Assembly: GCA_024704765.1 (NCBI GenBank)
Contig: JAKMXF010000319.1
Coordinates: 186,001 to 250,000 of the forward strand
From: Oopsacas minuta
Lineage: Eukaryota; Animalia; Porifera
Direction of reading: 5' to 3'
DNA length: 64,000 nt
Shown here: piece by piece, positions 14,701 to 26,187 of the stretch
Numbering within the stretch: position 1 is the stretch's first letter
Layout of the letters: each line of letters opens with the position of its first letter
Notes under the pieces: model-generated
Told to the model about the DNA's origin: nothing
Database searches by the model: none
The model's input: only the letters and a program-made list of their open reading frames with translations
Position numbers and translations under genes: made by a program

Positions 14701-15694
14701 CGATAGAAAAGGTTCTAGAATTCCGATTGGGAAGAACTTTCCGCGGAAGTTCACAACAGACGATAGGAGGGAAGATGCGAAAAATCTCATTACTCGAAGT
14801 CTACTGAAAAATAAATTGGAGAAATTACGACAAATTCATGCTTCTAAAAGTCCCTTGAATCGTAGCAAAATTGCAAAGATAGAACAATTAAAGAAATTAT
14901 CAAATCGGCCAAATAGTTCTGCGCTAAAATGCTTAATCGAATATCTCCGTAATCATAATGATCAACTAAAGAAAATTTCGAAAAATACGGCGGATACTCA
15001 GACAAAATTTTCTCATAAACCCCTACCGAAATCGAAATGTGTAAAATCAAGCTTCACTCGCTCTGTGCCATCTTCCTTTCATTCTGTTTTGAAAGAGAAA
15101 GCTACGTCTAGGAGTTTATTCTCATCTGAGGTTGAAGATCAAATCAACGCACATGCGAACCCCGAATTATCCCCGCGAAATGATATGCAAAGATTGATCG
15201 ATGAATTAGGCCCTGTTAATGATGAATTCTACTATGGTGATCCAAACAAGTCAGAGTATTTGCCTGATTTTTCCGGGGGTGACAATCAAATCAATACCTT
15301 TTCAATGTTGGCTGACGCATATTTTGGTGTGGACGGTGTGAGTGACTTACAACAAGGTAATAGTTCATTACCTGAAAATTTTGTATCAGCTTGTCCTTCA
15401 GTTGTTAGTGAAAATTTCCAAAGTCTTCTATGTGAATTAGATGGTATGGTGAATGAATGGGAAACAGATGAAGTATGCAATAATAATACAGAACCAGCTT
15501 TGAACCATACAGATCTTATCCCTAATCCCGCAAAAATGTTCTTGCAATACTTCCTCAATTCCCATGATTCGGATTCCGATGATAGAGTCATGCGAAGTAT
15601 CTTTGAAGACGATTCACTAGATGGACTCAGCTCACAGCATATGCCTTATAACAATAATAGTCAAAATATAGTAGAAGATGGGAATAGAATGTGA
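11740..15694 (+). CDS. CRAMP1: Cramped-like chromatin regulator (SANT domain), 3 exons, 886 aa
   Basis: Exons 11740-12111, 12909-13015 and 13513-15694 (2661 nt = 887 codons), GT-AG, with consistent phases 0 and 2. Cramped-type motifs: WFHEALLEHGKDFDKI, VRYFYYR, LIAVICY..L..GAT..R.RGH..RIKLP.CK.LK and IEFVPR..VQSIAQNPHLR..LNTKW. Confidence 0.88.
12634..12829. mobile_element. Fold-back MITE with ~65 bp inverted arms in CRAMP1 intron 1
   Basis: GCATTTATCAGAATACTCGTAACTGTCACTTGTCAGAAT..GGTTGACTGTCACTTGT is mirrored by ACAAGTGACAGTCAACC..ATTCTGACAAGTGACAGTCACGAGTATTCTGACAAATGC. Confidence 0.7.
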
Positions 15695-16364
15695 TATATA
15701 GTGTATTAATATTATTGCGGGCATTTTCAATCATTTATTGTTCTGTCAATTGAAAGTGTTTTGTTTGCAACTCCTTATTATTTATTATTCTTTGATTAAT
15801 AAACACTCTAATAAACAAAACAAAATTTTCGATTTTAATCTTGACATTGGACACTGGCAAAACCCTTGTTAGTATCCGATTATTTCGCCTGAGAAAGGTC
15901 AAATTGGAGAAATTCTGTAGGAGTAGCGGGCTTCACTTACTAATTTGATTCAGAACGTAAAAAATATCAGTGGAATATTGAAAATCAATATTGAAAAATT
16001 CGGTGATATATTAGGTATTTTTCGTTATTTTTCAGAACAGGTGCCAAACCTTGTATTATGTAACTCCGTAAATATTTTCAATTACAGTTAGGCATTATTT
16101 GCATTCTTGGTGTAAAATATATGCATTGAATTATATTTATGACTGACATATGTACAAATATGAAACGAATTTCAGTGACAGTGCAACCTCGCGCGGTCGC
16201 GCCTCGATTATCCGAAATAGTTGGGACCTTTCGAAAAAGTTCGATAATCGAGTTCGTTTATGTATATTATAGGAACTGGGACCAGGGAAAAAGTTCGGAT
16301 AATCTAAGAGTTCGTGTGTTGGTATCAGTTTTAGCCTTATTTGTACAATTCACAAAAAGTAATA

Positions 16365-16500
16365 CAGTAGAACTCGGATAAGACGTATCCCCTCGGGAAA
16401 CAGAAATTAGTACGTCTTATCTGAATATGTTTGCATTACAAATAATGATGACTGATATTTTGGGACGTAAGAAATACTACGTCTTATCCGAGTCCTACTG
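16365..16500. mobile_element. TA-flanked MITE (Tc1/mariner-type termini)
   Basis: TIRs CAGTAGAACTCGGATAAGACGTA / TACGTCTTATCCGAGTCCTACTG (1 mismatch), with TA on both sides. Confidence 0.8.
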
Positions 16501-17229
16501 TAGTTTCGAATTAGTCTGACTACCGGTAGACATCGCAATCTCTAAGCACCGTCGACCAGTCGAATGTGCTTGAGGCTCACCTTGGTATAGAGGAATAAGA
16601 CCAATTGAAATCGCGTGTGTATCGTTTTGTTTTGAGGGCAGAGCTATAGTTCATCATAATATAAGTTGGAATTGAAGTATTTAATGTCCAATCGACACTG
16701 GAAAGTAACAATGGTCATATAATATTTCAATGGTATATGCATTTGCCATACCTATCATTCATTTACATTGTGGATCAGGTTGTAATACAATCCACCATTT
16801 GATCTCAATACAATTCATTTCAAACCAAAACTGTTTTGTTAGAGAATTTGTTCATATAAATATCTTTCAGGACTAGATTATAATTGTGAGCCAAATACCT
16901 GCTTTTTGATTCTCCCTTTAGAGCCGACAGCTAATGGTCTAATGCCCTCAGTCTCGGGGGTTTCGATTCCTGGGACTGGGGGTTGAGGCAGGTGTAATTC
17001 GACACTCACTTTTTGGCGAAATTTACGGCTCTTCTCTACTTAATTACCCATCACTAAAAGTCGATACGAAATCTCTAGGATCCTTGGAAGAATATGCAAA
17101 AGGTGTAAAAATATGATCAATCTTGGAAATATAGATTTGAAATCTATATATCTGATAACCCGTGTCTCACCACAGTGAAACAAAATCTCTAACATCATTT
17201 GAGAATTTTTAGCAAAGTTGTGAAAATAT

Positions 17230-17572
17230 GATTAATCATATGACAAATTTGTGAATTTGTGACTTCCTAACTCTGAAATCCCAAAATCGGACTCTACGCA
17301 CCCAATTATCTTTGACATGTTGAAATCTAATCTCTCTAGCTTGCTTTTGAAGTGCACATGGAAAGGTGTGAAGATATGATTAATCACCACAAAGATGTGA
17401 ATATTCATTTTAGGAAAATTAATCCCTGAAGTGCAAATATCCAACCCAAAATGTAAGCTATGCCAATTTTCATGTTAATCGAGCTGCTAGAAGTCGCATG
17501 ACAGCGCAGACGGGCGGACATCGCGCATCGTCCATGCCATTAGTACATCTCCCTATAAGAGCTGCACTAAAA
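17230..17572 (+). mobile_element. Helentron/DINE-1-like non-autonomous repeat
   Basis: Motif order ..ATGCCAATTTTCATG..GACAGCGCAGACGGGCGGACAT..GTCCATGCCATTAGTACATCTCCCTATAAGAGC. The same 3' motif occurs in both orientations at ~1755-1980. Confidence 0.4.
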
Positions 17573-17709
17573 AGTCAATCGTACAGTATAGCCAAAATTA
17601 TATTTTAATCAAACAGTCAAAGGATAAATATACGATCTGCGGTCATCTACAATGCTATAAATACTCTAAAAGTTTAGTAATTGTAAATATAATGTGACGC
17701 AAAATGTGT

Positions 17710-18426
17710 TCAAAGACGGTCTAACTCTTCATCTTTCAACATCCTAATCGCTTCTCGTATCTGCGTAAGGGCTTTAGGATCATCCTTAGTCCAGATTCGA
17801 ATTATTTCAAGAACGCCCATTACAGCCCCTATCACAAGCAAAGAATAAACAAAAGCTTTGCTTCCTAATTTAGTGCAGGAAAATGCAGGTGTTAAGGTTC
17901 CACAAGCTCCACTCCCAGTGTATTTAGCTATACATTCTCCAGGTTTAGCACAAATTTTCTTAATATTCTCCACTAGAGATTCCAAGGTACATTGGATAAA
18001 TTTAGGGCAAAGATTTGCCAACTTTGGTATTACCTTTAGCTTATTAATCAAATTCGCACAAACGACGGTCTCGACGATAGTTTTGCCAACTTCAATCCAA
18101 TCAATCTCTAAACAATCAATCTTTTTAGCTACATTATACAAATCCTCCAACTCTTCTCTAGCTCTCTCTGCAAGAAATGAAAGCATAGTTGATTCAGTCA
18201 CCCTGCTTCCAATATAGGTAACGGCCCCTAATCCTGAGGCAAATAGACTTATCCCGCCTGTAAATGGAATTGCAACTAGGGATAACATGCTTGCACCAGT
18301 CTTCATCACCTTGCCATTGGTAACAACACCTTTCATGTGGATCTCTATATTCTGGAGTGCTTGGATTGCCTGTCCCTTCTTATATTCATAAAAGATCAAG
18401 TATGAAGCTGCACCCCAAGCCTCCAT
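17710..18426 (-). CDS. Apolipoprotein L-like protein, 238 aa
   Basis: ApoL-like hydrophobic hairpin MLSLVAIPFTGGISLFASGLGAVTYIG after an amphipathic helix, and a C-terminal VIGAVMGVLEIIRIW..AIRMLKDEE segment. Single ORF with TTTTTAG directly before the ATG. Confidence 0.7.
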   Translation of the reverse strand: MEAWGAASYLIFYEYKKGQAIQALQNIEIHMKGVVTNGKVMKTGASMLSLVAIPFTGGISLFASGLGAVTYIGSRVTESTMLSFLAERAREELEDLYNVAKKIDCLEIDWIEVGKTIVETVVCANLINKLKVIPKLANLCPKFIQCTLESLVENIKKICAKPGECIAKYTGSGACGTLTPAFSCTKLGSKAFVYSLLVIGAVMGVLEIIRIWTKDDPKALTQIREAIRMLKDEELDRL

Positions 18427-18659
18427 CTAAAAACTTATATATAAAAATTTGATGATTAAATGTTGTACGAAGTGCAGGCGTATAGGGTTTCTTAAATTCT
18501 TATGGACAAGGCGCACTTTTGTAAATAAAGTATCATAACCACATCCAGGTCGGCCTATTTGGCAAAGTCCGGTAATCAGTGGTGCGGGTAGCGACTTGCC
18601 GTGTAATTGAATACAATAGCATTTGTACTGGCGCAAAATAAACTTTACTTGGTTTTTGG

Positions 18660-18925
18660 ACTTGAATTTAAAGCATACTAGTTCAATATGAACCTAGGTT
18701 ACAGGAGAGAGTCCACAAAACTCGATTACCTCAATATAACCATTGAAAGCATGTTTCTACAACAATTTTGAAATATCTTTACTTTTATATTCATAAAACA
18801 ACAAAAACTTTAAGGACATGAATAATCCAAAAGTGTAAAATCGGATTCACATTTGATTTCTAGCTTACTTTCTTGATTACACGATAAACCTTGACAACGA
18901 ACAAACAAACAGACAAACAACAATT
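18660..18925 (-). mobile_element. Helitron-like repeat carrying a (GTTT)n microsatellite (partial)
   Basis: Reverse copy of the element at 47660-47930 (CAATTGTTGTTTGTCTG..GTCAAGG..AACCAAG.AAGTAA..GAATCCGATTTT.CACTTTTGGAT). Confidence 0.55.
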
Positions 18926-19357
18926 GAGATTTAGGGTTAACCAACCACAGCCTTGCATTGAAATAATACAAATCATACTGAAGCGGTGTTTTGACAAAAA
19001 TGGTCCAACACTTTAACACATTTATTTGTACACAAACGTCGCACCAGCATTGCACAAATGTTGCTTAGTAATACTTGCTAATCTTGCACTCTATGGTCTA
19101 GTTATAATAATTATACGGTGCAAGATTACTAAGCACGTACGTATCACTATGCAATAATATCGCAATATACAAATGACAAAGAAAGCAGCTTAATAATAGA
19201 ATGGAATAAATCAGTAGCTAAATAGAAACCTGGGCAGTAAATTCAAAATTAATAGCCACGAAGACATATAAATATAACACATACCATACGAGTATTAACT
19301 ACAAAATTTCATCGAATTGAAAAGACTCACTAACTAATCAACACCTAATATTTTGAC

Positions 19358-19907
19358 ATGGGAACACAGCGAGTGTGGCTTCTCTAATGCAACATATCAC
19401 AACGTCAAGTTCCAACTGCACGTGGATAGGATTAAGGTAGTGAAGGAGAAAAGGAGATAGGACTATCTGTTAAATTACCCCAGTTCCGAATCAAGGTGGG
19501 TTGAAGTTGAGCTCGAAAAAACAGGTTGAACACTGCTAGTTGATCCCAATTTTGATGGCTTCACGACTGTGAACAAAGGGGTGAGGCTAGACCTCAAAAA
19601 TCATCCATGTTTCTCGGAAAAACAAGCGTATATGACAATCGCCACCATATATCCCAATGGAAGTGTGGACATCCACGCTTCAAATTTCCTTGTGAATGGT
19701 GAGTGTTGCAACTATATGCTCGGAACCAATAAGCATGGTGATGACGAGTTTGTTAAAGTACACGAGAAGAGGACATGGCGGACGCATGGTGGAAACGGAA
19801 CACAAAACTATTATGGCGATAGAGTATGTAACGGCTGTGGTCAGCAAGTGAAATGCAAGAGGGGCTGTTCTGATCTGGCAGAATTCGGTGGTCTCAAAGA
19901 ACATTAA
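19358..19907 (+). pseudogene. Decayed gene of unknown family (~180 codons)
   Basis: ATG at 19358 reads MGTQRV. A +1 shift near 19376 then gives GFSNATYHNVKFQLHVDRIKVVKEKRR*DYLLNYPSSESRWVEVELEKTG*TLLVDPNFDGF, in frame with ORF 19569-19907. Stops at 19458 and 19527. Confidence 0.5.
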
Positions 19908-20909
19908 CAGGCACACTCCTACTATATTACTTCTACTACTACATATACCTTCTTTTCCTATAATGCATAGATATATTTGGGATGCAATAAACTTGAATTA
20001 TAGCCAATTGAGGTATATTGCAGGGCATCGCTACGGGTCTGGTTGGCCCAGGCGATGTGTAAAATATTTGTTTGTATCTCATTTCTACACTCTTGGTTGA
20101 CCACTGAAAGTACTTCTGACATGCATCATGGCGACTTTTAATACTCTTTATCAAAGATACAAAAGAACGAATTATTCTCTCTCTATTATTAGAATTCCTT
20201 GACCCACTGTCCAATCTGAACCCCACCCTGACCAAGCTCTATTCCGCTTAAGACTTTAGAACATGTTAAGACAATGATTCGCATCAGTCAAGAGCTAAAG
20301 GAAGGATTTCGATACAACGAATGCTTCATTAATACTTAAACATCGTATAGTCTTGCTTGTCGTATTCAACTAAGGTCGTTTTAAATAAAGTTAGATAAAT
20401 CAAATCCGAAGTTATAATAACTCGCCGTGTGTAACTCTAATTCCTCATATAAAACAGGTCACAAGGTTGTTTCCGATAAATGTATACGTAATATAAGTTT
20501 GATTAATAACAAATTCATACATTGTGTAATGCCAAATATAAATACGCACACTTCGAAGTTAAAACACTGAAGATATATGAGTTAATGGAAAATTCATCAT
20601 AATATATATAATGGATGCACCATCAACTTGGCAAATGGTTAAAACTATACGCCCTATATATTGGTATCATTTCAACATTTCCCTTTGTAGAGTGTGGATT
20701 CATATACTCAGACACATCAGGTACTTCACTACATCCACATATCCGTCCTCAGACGTTGCGCCTTCTCAGTATAATCCAGCTATAATTGAATTTTCAGTCC
20801 GGTTGCCAAAATAATTGAATTCAGTTGGCTAGATAATATTACAGTCTATATATAATATCAAAATATACTTTGATACTTGATACCCTCCATTAATTATATA
20901 GTCACTATT

Positions 20910-22607
20910 ATGTATCATTACCAAACAGACGAATCAACGAATCTCACGGGAGAAATACGAGCCAGACGAGCTTTAAATGAAAATAAAACAAATCTTCTCT
21001 GGACACCTGTCAGGAAACTCTACAGAGCACCATTACCCCCAGGTTTCTCACAATTTCCAAGTTGTAAAATCATCTTAATTATCGTTTTACTACATCGAAT
21101 ACACATATATTCTTCATTTAATTTCGTAGTTGGGTTAACTGCCGCACGTCGTAATATTTCAAATATTACCAATGAAGATTCTACCGTGACTGCGCAGTTG
21201 TTTTTGAGTTGTGCGAGATTATTAGCTCCTGTGGCAGGCATGATGGCAGACATGTATGTTCCACGTGTAAAAATGTTGTCGTTATGCTTCTTCTCGTCTT
21301 TCATTGGCTCAGCAATACAGTCAATGTTTCACACACTTTATGAAAATAAGATAGGTTACATACAGGATTACGCGTACTTTATTGTGCATGGTATTGCCTT
21401 GACGCTAATAGCTGTCGGTTCTTCAGGTGCTTATGCCCTTTTGGTGCCAGTGGGAGTTGATCAGATGGAAGGGGCGAACGAGACACGACTCAAGTCTTAT
21501 TTCTCCTGGCATTATTGGTTCATAAATCTAGGTGTTGTGTTCGTTGCAGGGAAATTTTTCATTAATATGGAAGGTTATTTGAAATGGCAAAGACCATATA
21601 TTCATTTGATAAGCTCCTATACAGCAACTCTATCTATATGGCTTGCGCTGATAATCTTAGTGCTCTCAAGCAGTTTTGGATTAGTACAAAGGAACAAACC
21701 TCCAAAGGGTACCCCTTTAACACAAGTGGTTGGAGTATTTAATTGCGCGGTTAGGAATAAGTACACCAAAAAGAGAGAGCGTAACTATGTAAAACATTCT
21801 TTCTTTGAATATGCACTTGTTGAAAATAATGGAAGATATTCATACGGACAGGTTCAGGATGTTAAAACATTCTTCAAAATTCTAGGAGTGTTAGTTTGCC
21901 TTATTTGGTATTTCGGAGTTGATAACCTGTATAATACGATATTCCCTTTACAAGCTACCGAAATTTCTGGCGCAGATGACAATTTTGATTCTACGAGAAC
22001 GATTTTCTTCTCTGTTTGCCTCACAATAATGTTAGTGCTTCCGTTGATAGAATTCTTAAGACTTTCATGCAACAAATTTCACTTTGGATTCAAACGAATA
22101 TTGCATAAAATCCTTATCGGCGTTGTTTTGGGATTTTTCGCTATAATAATTGCCTTGTCGATAAATCTTGTGTATTATTTCGGAGATGTACATGGCACGG
22201 ATAACGCTATTATAATTCCTCAAACGATTATCATTGCATTATCAGAATGTTTTGCATTTGTTGGTGCAATGGAGTTTGTTTACGCGCAGGCGCCACATCA
22301 AATGATTGGCTTGTTATTCGGTATATTTCAATCTGTTATAGGAATAGGATATTACATTCCTACCATTATGTACTACATACTTCAGCGTATAACTAGTTGC
22401 TATGACAACCTTCACTGTGGACAATGTCTCATACATTGGCCACCTTGTTTCCACATCAGTAAGCCAAAATCTCTTAATTTTGCATATTACTGTGTTTTCG
22501 CTGTGTTTACTATTGTTTACATTATCTTAATGGTATGCGTTGCGAAATGTTACAAAAGAAGAGAACGACAGAAGATTGAAGTTTGGCCTAAAGCAGATAA
22601 CTTTTAA
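20910..22607 (+). CDS. POT/PTR2 (SLC15-like) oligopeptide transporter, intronless, 565 aa from first ATG
   Basis: About 12 hydrophobic segments, GMMADMYVPR loop, GVDQM, PTR2-type SYFSWHYWFINLG, and MEFVYAQAPHQMIGLLFG. Confidence 0.88.
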   Translation: MYHYQTDESTNLTGEIRARRALNENKTNLLWTPVRKLYRAPLPPGFSQFPSCKIILIIVLLHRIHIYSSFNFVVGLTAARRNISNITNEDSTVTAQLFLSCARLLAPVAGMMADMYVPRVKMLSLCFFSSFIGSAIQSMFHTLYENKIGYIQDYAYFIVHGIALTLIAVGSSGAYALLVPVGVDQMEGANETRLKSYFSWHYWFINLGVVFVAGKFFINMEGYLKWQRPYIHLISSYTATLSIWLALIILVLSSSFGLVQRNKPPKGTPLTQVVGVFNCAVRNKYTKKRERNYVKHSFFEYALVENNGRYSYGQVQDVKTFFKILGVLVCLIWYFGVDNLYNTIFPLQATEISGADDNFDSTRTIFFSVCLTIMLVLPLIEFLRLSCNKFHFGFKRILHKILIGVVLGFFAIIIALSINLVYYFGDVHGTDNAIIIPQTIIIALSECFAFVGAMEFVYAQAPHQMIGLLFGIFQSVIGIGYYIPTIMYYILQRITSCYDNLHCGQCLIHWPPCFHISKPKSLNFAYYCVFAVFTIVYIILMVCVAKCYKRRERQKIEVWPKADNF

Positions 22608-22805
22608 GCTTAATTTTGTTGTTAAATATTAATATCTATCTTTCATTTGTATCAATAGTGATCTACCATATATGGTCAACTCAGCATAATTGGGACAAAC
22701 TCTGGTAATCAAGTGTAATTTAGTAGCTCAATCAATACGAAAATTTCTCTGTATTGGGAAATTATAATAAGATAGGTATATGTACAAGATTTAAATAAAT
22801 ATATA

Positions 22806-23090
22806 CCTTACTATAGGAAATTAACGCGAATGCTCCAATTCGCGTTAATTTCCATGACGTTATTTTCCTGCAATTTATACTATTTAGCAAATGTATACAA
22901 TGGATGGGCAAACTCCCAATTTACATGTTTTCCGATGCGTGACTGGTTTGAGAGGGTGCCATGTCTATCAAGTGGACTGGTTATTTCTTTTATGTTTAGA
23001 TAATTTAATAATTTCTTAATATTTATTCGCATAAAATAGTCTATATACAAATGTTCCCCCTAAAAATCGCGTTAATTTCCTATAGTAAGG
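22806..23090. mobile_element. TA-flanked MITE with perfect 24 bp TIRs
   Basis: CCTTACTATAGGAAATTAACGCGA / TCGCGTTAATTTCCTATAGTAAGG, with TA at 22804-05 and 23091-92. Confidence 0.85.
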
Positions 23091-23792
23091 TACTTTATTT
23101 AGGATTATTTTGGCCTAATCAAATTCTATTTACTAGTGATTATTATCAACATTGATTCACGGAATACGCTAAACGATAAGAATATTTCAATTTTATACAT
23201 TGCATTGGTTTGGCTCAACAATAGAGTGGTTAACCTGCTTTTGGGGACTCTGTGACTGAAAAAATAGAATAGGGAACTCCGCTTAATCGGGACAAAGGGC
23301 TGGAACCAATGTGTCCTGATTAAGCAAAATGGCTGTAGTATAGTCAAACTTGTTTATAACGGCCACCGAAGGGAAGGGATTGCCTCAAAGTGGCCGCTAT
23401 AGAGGTTCGCCGTTATCACAGGCGTGGTAGTATTTTAAAATTTCACTGTGGATTAGTTGTGGGTACAAACTTGGATACAACTTGCCTCCAAAGGGACCGC
23501 CATTGTGTCCAGGCCTCCCTCTACGAATCTAGGGTCTCCCGAATCCCCATTTTGGACATTACCTTCAAGATATGGATATTTTCCTGAGTTTTTCACATTT
23601 TCAGCCATTCCCCCTGTTTGTTGGTTGTACCCCACAGACACCATATGTAGTTATATTCTACTACAATGTATAATTATTCAATAACAATACATTCTACTAA
23701 TATCTATAATGTTGTACATTCTTACCCTACTAATAATAACATCAGTAAGCAGGAAAAAGTGTTATAATACAAATATATCAATACACTAATGT

Positions 23793-25217
23793 TTATAGTG
23801 TTGGTATTAGATGTATTATAATTTGTAGAGTATCGTTTGGAAGGATGGAATACAAATATTCATTCCCTAAATTTGCAATACGTATGTAATCCCCTGTAAT
23901 GACACTATTTATTATTCCTTTCTTTACAATTGGCGTATCTTCATAACTTCTTTTGAGAAGTTGAACTTGATAATAACAGAATTGATTTGTCTGTGGAACA
24001 GTTTTATCTGTCAAACACTTTATACTTATGTGTAATTCCGTTAATCCACCCCAATTCATATAAAATGTAGCTTGACATTGTAGAATATTATCGTATAATT
24101 GGAATATAGGACTTTCCATCTTCAAATGTTTCTTGATACCATTCATAACATCTGTTATTTCCCAGTCAAATTCATCGAAGAATTCTAATTCTTTCGATGT
24201 TAATTCTTGATTCATTTGTATTTTCATGATTGTTCTAATATATATAATTTCAAAATTTAGCTTTTCTACAACAATTTGTAAATTTTTGTTCAATTTTTCT
24301 TGGTTTTCCAGTTCAGTTTTCAGTTTATTAACATCCTTGTTGTTTTTCGTGATTTGTTCCTTCTGTTCACTACATACTTTCTCAAGGTTGAGAATTTGTT
24401 CCTTCTGTTCATCGCATATTTTCTCTAAATGATCCGCTCTCCCATTAATCCCAGCCGTTTCGATATTCAGCTGTTTATTCGATAGTTTCATTTGTTGATA
24501 CAAACATTGCTGATGTGACACAACATATTCTTGTTGATGTGTTTGCACATCTCTTTTTGCTATAGAGTTTGTCTTGCACCCAAATTCATGATATGGACAA
24601 GGTTCCTTCTTCATTTCGCAGTGTATTTCTGTGTGTTCATTCATTTTATCTCTTCTCACTCTCTCCTTACATCCTTGTAGACAATCCAATATATATGCTG
24701 GACATTTTGTTAAGTGCTTATTCACATTCTTAGCTAAACACAAATCCTCACAGAACTTACATGGTATATTCCTCATAGGGCAACTGTTTGTAATGTGCTC
24801 TGTCAAATCGTATTGAGTTAGTATAGTGCTACACTCCTGATTACAGAGTATTAAGAGGTGATCACATTTTAGAAGGTGTTGCTCCAGCTGTAGTAATTCT
24901 CCCTTCCATTCACAACCACGATAATTCAATGGACAGATGACATTCAGTCCATTAACTGACTCTCTAACGTCATCATTAGGTTCATGCGGTTTCCCTGCTG
25001 TACATAATGTGCAGATAGTTTTACCTTCACAAAACACGGCTTCTCTGGCTATTCCATTACATTCAGTGCAAATAAGAAGTTTATTCTCTAGTTTAGATAG
25101 TTTTAGTGTTAGAATATCTTGCTTGTAACCTCTGTACACACCAATCTGTATGTATAATAGATTATCTGGTGAATCTGGTGAATCTGGTGAATATGGTTCT
25201 GTTTGTATTGTAGCCAT
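23793..25217 (-). CDS. TRAF-like protein copy 1 (degenerate RING, TRAF zinc fingers, coiled coil, MATH-like domain), 474 aa
   Basis: CTECNGIAREAVFCEGKTICTLC, VICPLNYRGCEW.G.L..LEQHLLKC, repeated C..C..H...C fingers, a coiled coil, then FDWEIT..MESPIF. Confidence 0.85.
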   Translation of the reverse strand: MATIQTEPYSPDSPDSPDNLLYIQIGVYRGYKQDILTLKLSKLENKLLICTECNGIAREAVFCEGKTICTLCTAGKPHEPNDDVRESVNGLNVICPLNYRGCEWKGELLQLEQHLLKCDHLLILCNQECSTILTQYDLTEHITNSCPMRNIPCKFCEDLCLAKNVNKHLTKCPAYILDCLQGCKERVRRDKMNEHTEIHCEMKKEPCPYHEFGCKTNSIAKRDVQTHQQEYVVSHQQCLYQQMKLSNKQLNIETAGINGRADHLEKICDEQKEQILNLEKVCSEQKEQITKNNKDVNKLKTELENQEKLNKNLQIVVEKLNFEIIYIRTIMKIQMNQELTSKELEFFDEFDWEITDVMNGIKKHLKMESPIFQLYDNILQCQATFYMNWGGLTELHISIKCLTDKTVPQTNQFCYYQVQLLKRSYEDTPIVKKGIINSVITGDYIRIANLGNEYLYSILPNDTLQIIIHLIPTL

Positions 25218-26187
25218 TCATTTAAGCTAATTTAACAGTAAATATTCAAAGTCTTAATATTGCGAATATTATGATTATATAGTGTATCTGATGATATTCT
25301 TATAGTAAACATATCTAATTACTGTGCCGACTACTTTTCTATGAATTGAGCAAACATTGTTGATGCGTATTAGAAGATTATTGCATATATTATATTTAAT
25401 ACGATATAGCATACAACTCATTCATTCTTTCTTTATCTAAAAATATTTTTGCACTGGACAGATTTGTTAACAATCTTTGAATATTATCCAAATCACTCTG
25501 AACCATGTTGAGCTAACAGGGATTATTACTGTGTCGACTAAACTTTAGTATAAGAATTAGTATTTATCTCAGTAGTCCATTTTTCGTGTACTTTAGAAAT
25601 GCATGCCCTTTATGCCAGCAATGCAGAGCTACTTTAGCCTAATTAGTGTAATTTTTGTTTGCTTGATTAACTTATACACTAATCACGTGTAATGGCTTGG
25701 AATTCACAAGTGTTGCACTATATCAAAGGAAATGTAGTATATGTAATTTACCAAGGTATATACTCTAACTTTGAAGCTACTTCTGATTAACGGAAAATCA
25801 TTGATGCTTAGCCACCTCATGGTCTCTCAAAAGAGTGTCCTTAAAATCCGAAGTTTATTGTGTAGACAATAAGTGTAGTCCCTCGCAACCTCATTCTAGA
25901 CTTTACTTACTATGTAATTTCGCCTCAAAATATTGATCTATATTCTATAGGATATTTGCCTGATTTCCTCACATTGTCTCCCCTACCCCCTCATTGTTAG
26001 CTGTACCCCACAGGAATTTAGCTACACATCTGGTTATGTGTAGTTATATATTCTATTACAATTTATAATTATTAAATAACATTCAATTCTACTAATATCT
26101 GTAATGTTATACATCATTACTTTACTAATAATAATATCAGTAAGCAGGGAGAATGTGTTATAATACAATATACCAATACACTAATGT

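Noticed and set aside
19527-19529. In-frame TGA as possible selenocysteine
   Set aside because: The same frame also has a TAG and a frameshift, and no SECIS was recognised; simple decay explains it.
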